Below are positions 47,523 through 55,651 of a stretch of DNA of 64,000 bases, piece after piece (positions within the stretch are counted from its first letter, which is position 1; every line of letters starts with the position of its first letter). Position numbers and translations under genes: made by a program. The stretch covers positions 1,799 to 65,798 of the forward strand of contig CAYLUC010000004.1 in assembly GCA_964386765.1 (NCBI GenBank). Direction: 5' to 3'. The notes under the pieces were generated by a model. That model was not told where the DNA came from, ran no database searches, and worked only from the letters and a program-made list of their open reading frames with translations. The stretch is from an uncultured Candidatus Poseidoniales archaeon (GTDB lineage Archaea; Thermoplasmatota; Poseidoniia; Poseidoniales; Thalassarchaeaceae).

Positions 47523-48757
47523 GTGACGAAAAGCTCCTTTCTATATCCGACTTGAAGCTTCACTTCCCAACCGACTATGGGGATGTCAGGGCGCTGGACT
47601 CCGTCTCATTCGGAATCGACCGAGGGGAGATTTTCGGACTGGTCGGCGAATCAGCTTCTGGAAAGTCAGTCACATCCCTCACTGTGATCGGCCTCACTAC
47701 GGGGGTTATCGACTCGGGCTCTGTGAGATTTGAGGGCGAGGAGCTACTTGATGCATCAGAAGAGAGGATGAGGGAGCTAAGGGGCAACGAAATTAGCATG
47801 ATTTTCCAAGAGCCAATGACGGCCCTGAACCCTCTTTACACAGTCGAGAAGCAGATTCACGAGGTCATGAGCCTGCATGGTAAACTTCCTCCCGAGGGAA
47901 GCACCTCGGTGGAGAGGCTGTATAAGGGAATGAGGTCTACATTTTCTAGATTTATTTCTAGGTTCACAGGCGGTTTTGATCACTTTAAGGCGTCTTTATC
48001 AGGAAATGACATTCTAGCGTTATCATTTGCAGTTTTGATGGTAATGCTCATCAAGACGAGCATAATATTCTCATCATTCCTGATAGCATTCTTGGTTTTC
48101 TCATGGGTCCTTTCTTCGATGAATACACTAGATGAAAAACACGTCGAGGTGATAGTGGACAGGCTCAATGATGTCAAGATACCGAATCCATCTGCGGTAG
48201 CGAAGATGTACCCACACGAACTTTCTGGAGGTATGAGGCAGAGGGTCATGATCGCCATGATGATGGCTTGTGAGCCACGCCTACTAATTGCCGATGAGCC
48301 AACAACGGCTCTTGACGTAACAATCCAAGCTCAGATAGTCGAACTGATGAAAGAACTCCGGGATAGCAAGGGCACGGCAATCCTGCTTATCACTCACGAC
48401 ATAGGATTGGTTGCCGAAATGTGCGACCGTGTCGGCGTTATGTATGCGGGAAGGGTGGTCGAGCAGGCATCAGTGGAGGATATATTCGCCAATCCCAGAC
48501 ATGCTTACACCAAGGGGCTAATGGATAGTAGCCCACGGCTCGACTCTGTTCCCAAGTCAGAGCTCTCCACGATTCCAGGACAAGTTGCGGCCCCGTCTGA
48601 CTATGTTCCGGGATGCAGGTTCTGCCAGAGGATGGGTAGGGCCGGCAAGAATCTTTCAGTCAAGCCCGAAATAAAGGAAATCTCTCCCGGTCACTGGGTC
48701 GAGAACTGCCCCTTATGCGTGAACGACCACGAACCCCCTAGGGAGGTGGCCAATTGA
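47519..48757 (+). CDS. Peptide ABC transporter ATP-binding protein (OppD/DppD-like) with ~65-aa hydrophobic insertion
   Basis: ATGA overlap with the upstream stop. Walker A GESASGKSV, signature YPHELSGGMRQRV, Walker B LLIADEPTTALD, and a C-terminal oligopeptide-type extension. A two-helix hydrophobic insert lies between the Q-loop and the signature. Confidence 0.8.
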   Translation: MSDEKLLSISDLKLHFPTDYGDVRALDSVSFGIDRGEIFGLVGESASGKSVTSLTVIGLTTGVIDSGSVRFEGEELLDASEERMRELRGNEISMIFQEPMTALNPLYTVEKQIHEVMSLHGKLPPEGSTSVERLYKGMRSTFSRFISRFTGGFDHFKASLSGNDILALSFAVLMVMLIKTSIIFSSFLIAFLVFSWVLSSMNTLDEKHVEVIVDRLNDVKIPNPSAVAKMYPHELSGGMRQRVMIAMMMACEPRLLIADEPTTALDVTIQAQIVELMKELRDSKGTAILLITHDIGLVAEMCDRVGVMYAGRVVEQASVEDIFANPRHAYTKGLMDSSPRLDSVPKSELSTIPGQVAAPSDYVPGCRFCQRMGRAGKNLSVKPEIKEISPGHWVENCPLCVNDHEPPREVAN

Positions 48758-49743
48758 CAGATGCTCAATATCCCACCCTATTGGAGACTCGTAATCTGAA
48801 GAAGTGGTTCCCAATCAAGGGGGGACTTCTTTCCACTGTCAAGAGTTATGTTAGAGCCGTAGATGGGGTCTCGCTTGAAGTCAGAAAGGGAGAGACACTT
48901 GGCGTGGTCGGGGAATCCGGCTGTGGCAAGACAACCCTTGGTCGTCTCCTTTTGGGTCTGATTCCCATTACTGACGGCGAGATAATCTATGATGGAACCA
49001 CAATTTCTGAGATAGAGAGGCAGGAAATACGTAAGAAAATGCAAATCGTTTTCCAGGACCCCGGTGGTTCAATGAACCCGCGGATGTCCGTAAAGTCGAT
49101 CGTCGGGGAACCACTTCATGTTAATACGAAATTAGATGATTCTGAAATCACGTCCCGTGTATCTGACCTCCTAGAGTCAGTGGGACTGGAAACCGTGCAC
49201 ATGAATCGCTACCCTCACGAATTCTCAGGTGGCCAGAAACAGAGGATAGCAATCGCAAGGGCTCTTTCCCTGGATCCAGAATTCATACTCCTTGATGAGC
49301 CCACGAGCGCTCTCGATGTATCGGTCCAAGCACAGGTCCTAAACCTCCTGGCCCAGTTGCAGAAGGAGAGGAACCTGACCTTCGTCTTCATCACGCACGA
49401 CCTCGCAGTCGTACGTCACATCTCTGACAGGGTTGCAGTGATGTACTTGGGCAAGATTGTGGAACTCGCCGATGCCGATGAGATATACAAGAACCCATCT
49501 CATGCGTACACCAAGGCACTAATCTCTGCTATCCCCCGAATGGACCCGACGGACCCCAGCAACAACATCACAGTCGAGGGAGATGTGCCCTCTCCAGTCG
49601 ACCCCCCTCCCGGCTGTGCGTTTGGCCATCGAGTGGAGCACCCCAACTGGGAACTCAGTGTTGACATGGACCTGTCCCTGAGGGAGATTTCCCCCGGGCA
49701 TTGGGTTCAGCCGTGTCCATGCTGTACCGATGTCAGCAACTGA
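48754..49743 (+). CDS. Peptide ABC transporter ATP-binding protein (OppF/DppF-like)
   Basis: Walker [10 protein letters not shown], signature [15 protein letters not shown], Walker [12 protein letters not shown], and a C-terminal Cys-containing tail. Confidence 0.85.
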   Translation: MTDAQYPTLLETRNLKKWFPIKGGLLSTVKSYVRAVDGVSLEVRKGETLGVVGESGCGKTTLGRLLLGLIPITDGEIIYDGTTISEIERQEIRKKMQIVFQDPGGSMNPRMSVKSIVGEPLHVNTKLDDSEITSRVSDLLESVGLETVHMNRYPHEFSGGQKQRIAIARALSLDPEFILLDEPTSALDVSVQAQVLNLLAQLQKERNLTFVFITHDLAVVRHISDRVAVMYLGKIVELADADEIYKNPSHAYTKALISAIPRMDPTDPSNNITVEGDVPSPVDPPPGCAFGHRVEHPNWELSVDMDLSLREISPGHWVQPCPCCTDVSN

Positions 49744-50170
49744 AACGCCCACTTTGCACTGGGTCCAACGTAGGCCTGATGTAATGAAACCGCATCAGGC
49801 AGCCATGGCACACCCTGAATCAGAGGGGAGAGCCTCCGATTCCCCAGACAATGAGGCGTTCCTTTCCCGTGGGGAGCAGAGGCAGCGGGCCCTCGAGAGA
49901 ATCAAGGCGGCAGCCGATCAGAGGAGGCACGACAGGGCCCAGAGGATCCTGGCCCAGGAGGGGGAGAGCCTTGCAATCACCATCGGCAGGGTGGTCTACG
50001 TCTCTGCGTGCATGCTCTTCGATGGCCTCATCCTCACTGAGATCATCGTGTACCTGGGTAGGACGGCGTCAGCATGGGCGGCCTTCTTCCTCGTTCTCGC
50101 ATTAGCAGTCAAACTGCAATTGTCACTCTACGACAGGTTCTTCTCAGTAGACATCACGAATCTTGAGTAG
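49730..50170 (+). CDS. Small hypothetical membrane protein downstream of the transporter operon
   Basis: Charged N-terminal half, then two hydrophobic helices. Confidence 0.35.
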   Translation: MSATETPTLHWVQRRPDVMKPHQAAMAHPESEGRASDSPDNEAFLSRGEQRQRALERIKAAADQRRHDRAQRILAQEGESLAITIGRVVYVSACMLFDGLILTEIIVYLGRTASAWAAFFLVLALAVKLQLSLYDRFFSVDITNLE

Positions 50171-51443
50171 CAGGTGAGATTGGAAACAGCTCGCTGTCTA
50201 TCCTCTCGAACCTCCTGAAGGAAGGCACGACCAATCCTGAGGTTGTTGTCAGTATCATGAATCCGACAGCCAGGGAGTAAGTGGTTAGGACGTTGGTCGC
50301 CTCTATCATCCACCCTCCGAGGAGCGGGGAGAGTGGGATGAATATCAGAGAGCCAATTGCGTCGAGCGAGTTCACCCTGCCCCTCAGGTGCTGATCGACA
50401 CTGTCTGACATCGTGGTCCTCCATATGACTCCAAGCGTCCCGCCCAGAATCCCCTCTAGGAAGACGAATACGAGTATCGCCCAGAATGGGATCGGCATGG
50501 CCCACATGAGCATGCACCAGGCTATTCCTCCGATGAACACGTAGAAGACCATTCCACGGTGCTCCTTCGGAATCGGCCATATCCCGCCTATGGCCGAGCC
50601 AACCATCGCTCCTGCGGCCCCCAATGCGCCGAAGAACCCGAACTCAGCCGCACCCAGCCCCTTGTTCTCGATGATGAACGGGATACCTATCTCAATCGCC
50701 GAGTCGCCTATGTGCCAAATCATGAACATCACTATCCCCGCGAAAAGCCATGGTTGTGTCTTCACGAATGCCCACGCCTCAGTAACCTCCTCCCTCAGGC
50801 TCGAATCACCGTCATCCCTGTCCACGGGGATCTCAGGCAGGGTCCAGAGTATCGCAGCGCTAACTAGGAAGGTCAAAGCATCGACCAACAGACACAGCTC
50901 GATGCCCCAATTCCCAACTATGATGCCTCCTATCAACGGCCCCAGCATCCAAGCAGCAGTCATCGCCACCCCTCTCATTGCGTTGGCCTGCGGCAGGTCT
51001 TCTTCGGCTACAAGGTCCGGAACAAGCGCCCCCACTGCTGGTATGGAGAAAGCACCCGCTCCCCCTGTTAGGAAAGTGATGACCAGGAGTGTGGCGAACT
51101 CGTTCAACCCCGCTACCAGACCGACTATTGCAATCGTGACGAGGACGAACTGGCATAGGTCCGCCACAAGGGCGACAGTTCTGCGAGGGAGCCTGTCCAC
51201 CACTGCCCCGCCATAGAGCAGGAGGGGCAGGTGCCCGAGAAAATATGCGGTGAAAATCAGGCCGTACGCCTTGGGCCCACCACTCTGTGCCACGGTCCAA
51301 CCCATGCCAATTATGAAAATCGAGCCACCGAGCATGTTGATTCCATTGCCGATAATGAAGCGTCTGAAATCCCTCTGTTCCCAGACCTTCCTCATGCTCA
51401 TGCTCCAATCCGGAGACTCCCGGCTATCAACCTGCCTTGGCAA
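50154..51443 (-). CDS. MFS transporter
   Basis: Twelve predicted TM helices. D-R-x-G-R-R-like loop VVDRLPRRTV after TM2. Confidence 0.7.
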   Translation of the reverse strand: MPRQVDSRESPDWSMSMRKVWEQRDFRRFIIGNGINMLGGSIFIIGMGWTVAQSGGPKAYGLIFTAYFLGHLPLLLYGGAVVDRLPRRTVALVADLCQFVLVTIAIVGLVAGLNEFATLLVITFLTGGAGAFSIPAVGALVPDLVAEEDLPQANAMRGVAMTAAWMLGPLIGGIIVGNWGIELCLLVDALTFLVSAAILWTLPEIPVDRDDGDSSLREEVTEAWAFVKTQPWLFAGIVMFMIWHIGDSAIEIGIPFIIENKGLGAAEFGFFGALGAAGAMVGSAIGGIWPIPKEHRGMVFYVFIGGIAWCMLMWAMPIPFWAILVFVFLEGILGGTLGVIWRTTMSDSVDQHLRGRVNSLDAIGSLIFIPLSPLLGGWMIEATNVLTTYSLAVGFMILTTTSGLVVPSFRRFERIDSELFPISPATQDS

Positions 51444-51651
51444 TATTGGGACTCATCCTAATTTCGCAAATTGAACATTTGAGCCCAAGTCATAAATATT
51501 GTCAAACTCGTGAATAGTTAACGGCAATATTATCTGAAATTATTATTCATATGTTCACTATTTTTTGATATTTATGTAATTACTATTAGAATACAGTAAT
51601 TTGAGTGCTCATACATTCATATAATAAACCGCGTGATATTGGACTGCCCTT
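51444..51651. promoter_or_regulatory. AT-rich divergent promoter region (MFS transporter <-> glutamine synthetase) with TATA-like elements and a TGAA-N7-TTCA palindrome
   Basis: This 208-bp span is the only strongly AT-rich one in the window. TTCATATAATAAA lies ~30 nt upstream of the GS ATG. The inverted repeat is CTGAAATTATTATTCA. Confidence 0.4.
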
Positions 51652-52659
51652 ATGACGACCAAATCTAAACTGGAATACATCTGGCTGGATGGATTCGAAC
51701 CGACACAGAGCATGAGAAGCAAGACGCTGATTAGATCCGACTTCGGAGGGACGGTGGCCGAGTGCCCCATGTGGTCCTTCGACGGGTCCTCCACACTACA
51801 GGCAGAGGGCGGAGACTCGGACTGCCTACTCAAGCCAGTCGCAATCTACCCCGACCCAGACCGAATTAACGGCTATCTGGTAATGTGCGAGGTCCTGAAT
51901 GCAGATAGCACCCCCCATGCCTCAAATGGCAGGGCCACCATCGAGGAGGACGACGACGACTTTTGGTTCGGATACGAGCAGGAGTACTTCCTGTGGGACC
52001 CAGAGTCAAACCTTCCATACGGCTTCCCCCGAGACCAGACCCCCCAGGGGCAGTTCTACTGCTCGGTGGGTGCGATGAACACATTCGGCAGGGACATCAT
52101 CGAGGCGCACTTGGACATGTGCCTGGAGGCCGGCCTCAATGTTGAGGGAATCAACGCAGAGGTGGCCGTCGGACAGTGGGAGTACCAGATTTTCGCGAAG
52201 GGGGCCAAGGACGCAGGAGATCAGATCTGGGTCTCCCGATATCTGGCCGAGAGGAATGCAGAGAAGTACGGACTCGCGATAGAATGGCACCCCAAGCCAC
52301 TGGGCGCCACTGACTGGAATGGCTCTGGGATGCACGTCAACTTCAGTGATGGCAAGATGCGGGACGTCGGCGGCGAGAAGCTGCTGAGCGAGATCTGCGA
52401 GGCCTTCGGAAAGAACATCAAGAAGCACATGGACGTCTATGGCGCCCACAACGAGCAGAGGCTAACCGGACTCCACGAGACCCAGTCAATACACGAGTTC
52501 TCATACGGAGTCTCCGACAGGGGCGCTTCCATCAGGATCCCGATTGGAACAATCGAGGACGGCTGGAAGGGGAGGCTCGAGGACAGGAGGCCATCATCAA
52601 ACGGTGACCCATACAAGATTGGGGCGGTCGTGATTAGTACAACCAAGTCAGCATACTGA
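51652..52659 (+). CDS. Glutamine synthetase, type II (eukaryote-like)
   Basis: N-terminal EYIWLDG. C-terminal RLTGLHETQSIHEFSYGVSDRGASIRIP...GRLEDRRPSSNGDPY closely matches GSII blocks (RLTGxHET..FSxGVAxRGASIRIPR...FEDRRP..NxDPY). Size (335 aa) fits GSII, not GSI or GSIII. Confidence 0.8.
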   Translation: MTTKSKLEYIWLDGFEPTQSMRSKTLIRSDFGGTVAECPMWSFDGSSTLQAEGGDSDCLLKPVAIYPDPDRINGYLVMCEVLNADSTPHASNGRATIEEDDDDFWFGYEQEYFLWDPESNLPYGFPRDQTPQGQFYCSVGAMNTFGRDIIEAHLDMCLEAGLNVEGINAEVAVGQWEYQIFAKGAKDAGDQIWVSRYLAERNAEKYGLAIEWHPKPLGATDWNGSGMHVNFSDGKMRDVGGEKLLSEICEAFGKNIKKHMDVYGAHNEQRLTGLHETQSIHEFSYGVSDRGASIRIPIGTIEDGWKGRLEDRRPSSNGDPYKIGAVVISTTKSAY

Positions 52660-53583
52660 CTTCAGTATCCCGACTACCTCGTCCGCGCACCCCCAAGAGA
52701 GGGTCACCCCGGCTCCTCCATGGCCATAGTTGTGGATGACCAGTTTGTCCCCGATGCTCTCTGATTCCAAGCGAACCTCATAGCGGGAAGGCCTGAGCCC
52801 AACTCCCACCCCTACTATCTTGTCCCTGTCGAGTTCTGGCCACAGGGCTTCGCACTTGCCGAGGATGTACTCGGTGTCCTCTTCCCTGGCCCCCATCTCC
52901 CAGTCTCCCTTCTGGGCAGTACCACCAAGGACTGTGACGTCTCTCCGTGGTATGGTGTAAGTGAGGGCCTCTGGCTGCTGGTCGAACCTCCCGAACCCAG
53001 GGTCCTGTTCGATGTAGATGACCTGCCCCCTGACAGGGACGACAGAGTCATCTGCGCATAATTCCCTAGCACCTATTCCTGTGCAGTTTACCACGACATT
53101 CCCTTCTATTTCCTCAATATTGTCTACTTCTTGGATTTCTATGGCTCCCCCCAGATCTTCAAATCTAGATTTCAGCCATGGCATGTACAGGGGCATTTCA
53201 ATTACCGGGGCCTCTATTTCCCATCCGAATGAATAACCTCCCATTATTTCAGAGTCATCAAGGATTCTGAAATGGGGAATGTCGTCACTCCACCCGGGCG
53301 ATTCGCATTCTTCGGCTAGGTATTCCCTCCCTAGTCTCATGGTTATGCAGTCTACACTCTCTTCTGACATCAGTCTGACTAGTTCGTCGAATGTCTCGGA
53401 TGACCATCGATCCGTCTTCTCCAATGGCTCTGCAAGGAATGGATACCACCACGCTGCTGCAGTATCAGAAACCGTTTCGGGACTGAGCTTGTCTGTGACA
53501 ATGGTAACATTGAATCCGGCTTCAAGAAGCCTAATTCCCGTGCTCAGACCAGAGACTCCGGCACCAATGACCTTCACTTCCAT
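52648..53583 (-). CDS. FAD-dependent oxidoreductase (D-amino-acid oxidase family)
   Basis: N-terminal dinucleotide-binding VIGAGVSGLSTGIRLLEAGFNVTIV. C-terminal HNYGHGGAGVTLSWGCA, as in DAO. Confidence 0.7.
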   Translation of the reverse strand: MEVKVIGAGVSGLSTGIRLLEAGFNVTIVTDKLSPETVSDTAAAWWYPFLAEPLEKTDRWSSETFDELVRLMSEESVDCITMRLGREYLAEECESPGWSDDIPHFRILDDSEIMGGYSFGWEIEAPVIEMPLYMPWLKSRFEDLGGAIEIQEVDNIEEIEGNVVVNCTGIGARELCADDSVVPVRGQVIYIEQDPGFGRFDQQPEALTYTIPRRDVTVLGGTAQKGDWEMGAREEDTEYILGKCEALWPELDRDKIVGVGVGLRPSRYEVRLESESIGDKLVIHNYGHGGAGVTLSWGCADEVVGILKSVC

Positions 53584-53663
53584 GCACTCTCATGCGGGTA
53601 CAGCAAATTATTCCGCCGGTAGGCAATCATCTTTAGCCAGCCCCCGGTCCACTTGGCGTTGAC

Positions 53664-53852
53664 ATGCCCAAGATAAGAAGGCCCAGGAAGGGTTGGTGGA
53701 GACCGGAGAGGTACAAGCGCATCTTCCGTTCCACCAAGGTCAAACCGAGTGAGAAGGGACTCCCTCCCTGTCCGGCCTGTGGAGAATGGAGTATGCAGCG
53801 GGATGGGGCGAGGAACGAACTCTTCTGCGGCCTCTGCGGTGCCGTTCTCTGA
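53664..53852 (+). CDS. Small basic zinc-ribbon protein, possibly ribosomal protein eS31 (S27ae)-like
   Basis: MPKIRRPRKGWWRPERYKRIF...CPACGEWSMQRDGARNELFCGLCG. CPxCG-x15-CGxCG spacing and a basic N-terminus resemble archaeal S27ae (CPRCGAGVFMAEHxDRxxCGRCG). Confidence 0.35.
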   Translation: MPKIRRPRKGWWRPERYKRIFRSTKVKPSEKGLPPCPACGEWSMQRDGARNELFCGLCGAVL

Positions 53853-53957
53853 TTCGCCAAGACAATACGCAACTGCCCCTCTCGAGGTATTGTCGCAGTG
53901 ATGAGGAACCGCACCGGGTGCCTTGGGCATCAAGAGTGATGGGCGATCTGAGCGGCA

Positions 53958-54749
53958 CTAGAGATAGGTCACAACCAGTGCCATTGTGTTCCACATTGCA
54001 TGAGCGGCAATACCCGGCAATAGGCTACCAGTTCTTATCCTGATCCAACCGTAGATTACGCCTCCAATGGTTGCCATACCTATGGTGAAAGGATCAAGAT
54101 GGACGAGTCCAAAAATCACGGCACTAATTAGTATCGCGGGCCATTGCCCATGCATCCTGTTAATCGAGTCCAATAGGTACCCTCTGAAAAAAAGCTCCTC
54201 GGAAATAGGGGTCATTATGCATATGCTGATGAAAGCTAGCAATATTGCCAGGTTTGATGACTCCCAGGTTGTTCCTATGTCCGTGTTCGTCCCCGGCTCT
54301 CCAAAAAATAATACAAATAACATTGCATATGTGAACACCAAGATGTTGTCAACAATTAGTGCTATTATGGGGATTCCAAGAATCATCGTCACAGCTCTTT
54401 TTGGGGAACCGAATCTGAGTAATTCTCTAGTTCTGGAAATACTGCCGTCCAGGTAGATGAAAAGTAGTATCAGGGGGATGACAACGATCTGTGTCAGGAG
54501 GAAGCCGATGGAGAGGGCGGCCCCCTCCCCGACTCCAACAATCATCAATGGGAAGATAGTCAGCAACAAGCCGACAAAAGTTGCACCCATGTACGCTATT
54601 ACGGAGGAGACTACAATTACCCAAGATGCGAATTTATTTTCACTAAGTCCTTCGGACGAGTAATCAATAGGTGGAGAAATTGGAAAAATTGGTCTACTGT
54701 TGGAGAAATTCACAAACGCCCTAGTCAGAGGCCCAATTCCATCTCCCAT
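53958..54749 (-). CDS. CPBP-family (CAAX-type) intramembrane metalloprotease
   Basis: EELFFRGYLLD (EExxxR motif) and FGLVHL (FxxxH) within a polytopic membrane protein. Confidence 0.7.
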   Translation of the reverse strand: MGDGIGPLTRAFVNFSNSRPIFPISPPIDYSSEGLSENKFASWVIVVSSVIAYMGATFVGLLLTIFPLMIVGVGEGAALSIGFLLTQIVVIPLILLFIYLDGSISRTRELLRFGSPKRAVTMILGIPIIALIVDNILVFTYAMLFVLFFGEPGTNTDIGTTWESSNLAILLAFISICIMTPISEELFFRGYLLDSINRMHGQWPAILISAVIFGLVHLDPFTIGMATIGGVIYGWIRIRTGSLLPGIAAHAMWNTMALVVTYL

Positions 54750-54863
54750 ATACTTGCACCACGCCTCGATATATTCACTTATTCCCCCACAAGTGTTTCT
54801 TCAGTCTCCGTTGTGGGGAATCATTCATGACTGGAACTTGGCGGAGGGCGTACGGTTGCACCC

Positions 54864-55604
54864 ATGCTTGAGCTGTCTAGTGACCAGACAATTTCACTGG
54901 CACTAGTCCTATCCCTTCTCCTCGTGACTAAGGTCAGAGATATGCTAGACACGAGCGGCATTACAATGGCAATGATTGTCGGACTGGTGGTCTCATTGAT
55001 GGGGCATTGGACGTGGCTGGTTATCCTAATCAGCTTCCTGATAATTGGCTCAACGGCAACAAAGTGGAGATTCGAGGAGAAGCTCGCACTATCGATAGCG
55101 GAGGAAAATGAAGGAACTAGGGGGTGGAGGAACGTTCTCGCCAATGGGGCTGCCCCGATGGTCGTGGCCATATCCCACTGGTCATTCGGTGACTCCAGTT
55201 GGGACTATCTGGCACTCTGCTCATGCGTTTCCGTGGCCTGCTCGGACACACTGGCTTCTGAGATCGGTTCACTCGATATGCGGACTCGTAGCATAATCAA
55301 CCTACAGGCAGTTCCACCGGGCACTAATGGCGGAATGTCTCCGACAGGCACCGTTGCCGCCCTTGCGGGGGCAGTGATAATTGGGGTATTCTCAGTAGCA
55401 GTTGCCCCTACAGCAGGCGACGAGACCTCCGCTTTTCTCCTATTCTCAATAGTCTCAACGATAGGCTGGCTGGGGTGCCAGATAGACTCGCTTCTAGGCG
55501 CGCTATTGGAGAACAGGGGTTACATGGGAAAGCACACTGTGAATCTCCTTGCAACACTGTCGGGAGCTGCGCTTGCAGTACTGGCCAGTATCCAGTTCCT
55601 ATAG
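54864..55604 (+). CDS. Integral membrane protein, DUF92/TMEM19-like
   Basis: About seven TM helices with ...GSTATKWRFEEK... and Gly/Ala-rich helices, reminiscent of the DUF92 family. Confidence 0.45.
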   Translation: MLELSSDQTISLALVLSLLLVTKVRDMLDTSGITMAMIVGLVVSLMGHWTWLVILISFLIIGSTATKWRFEEKLALSIAEENEGTRGWRNVLANGAAPMVVAISHWSFGDSSWDYLALCSCVSVACSDTLASEIGSLDMRTRSIINLQAVPPGTNGGMSPTGTVAALAGAVIIGVFSVAVAPTAGDETSAFLLFSIVSTIGWLGCQIDSLLGALLENRGYMGKHTVNLLATLSGAALAVLASIQFL

Positions 55605-55651
55605 GAACTGCTAGCCGTTGGGTTTGAACGCCACCCCCCTCAGGGACGTCC

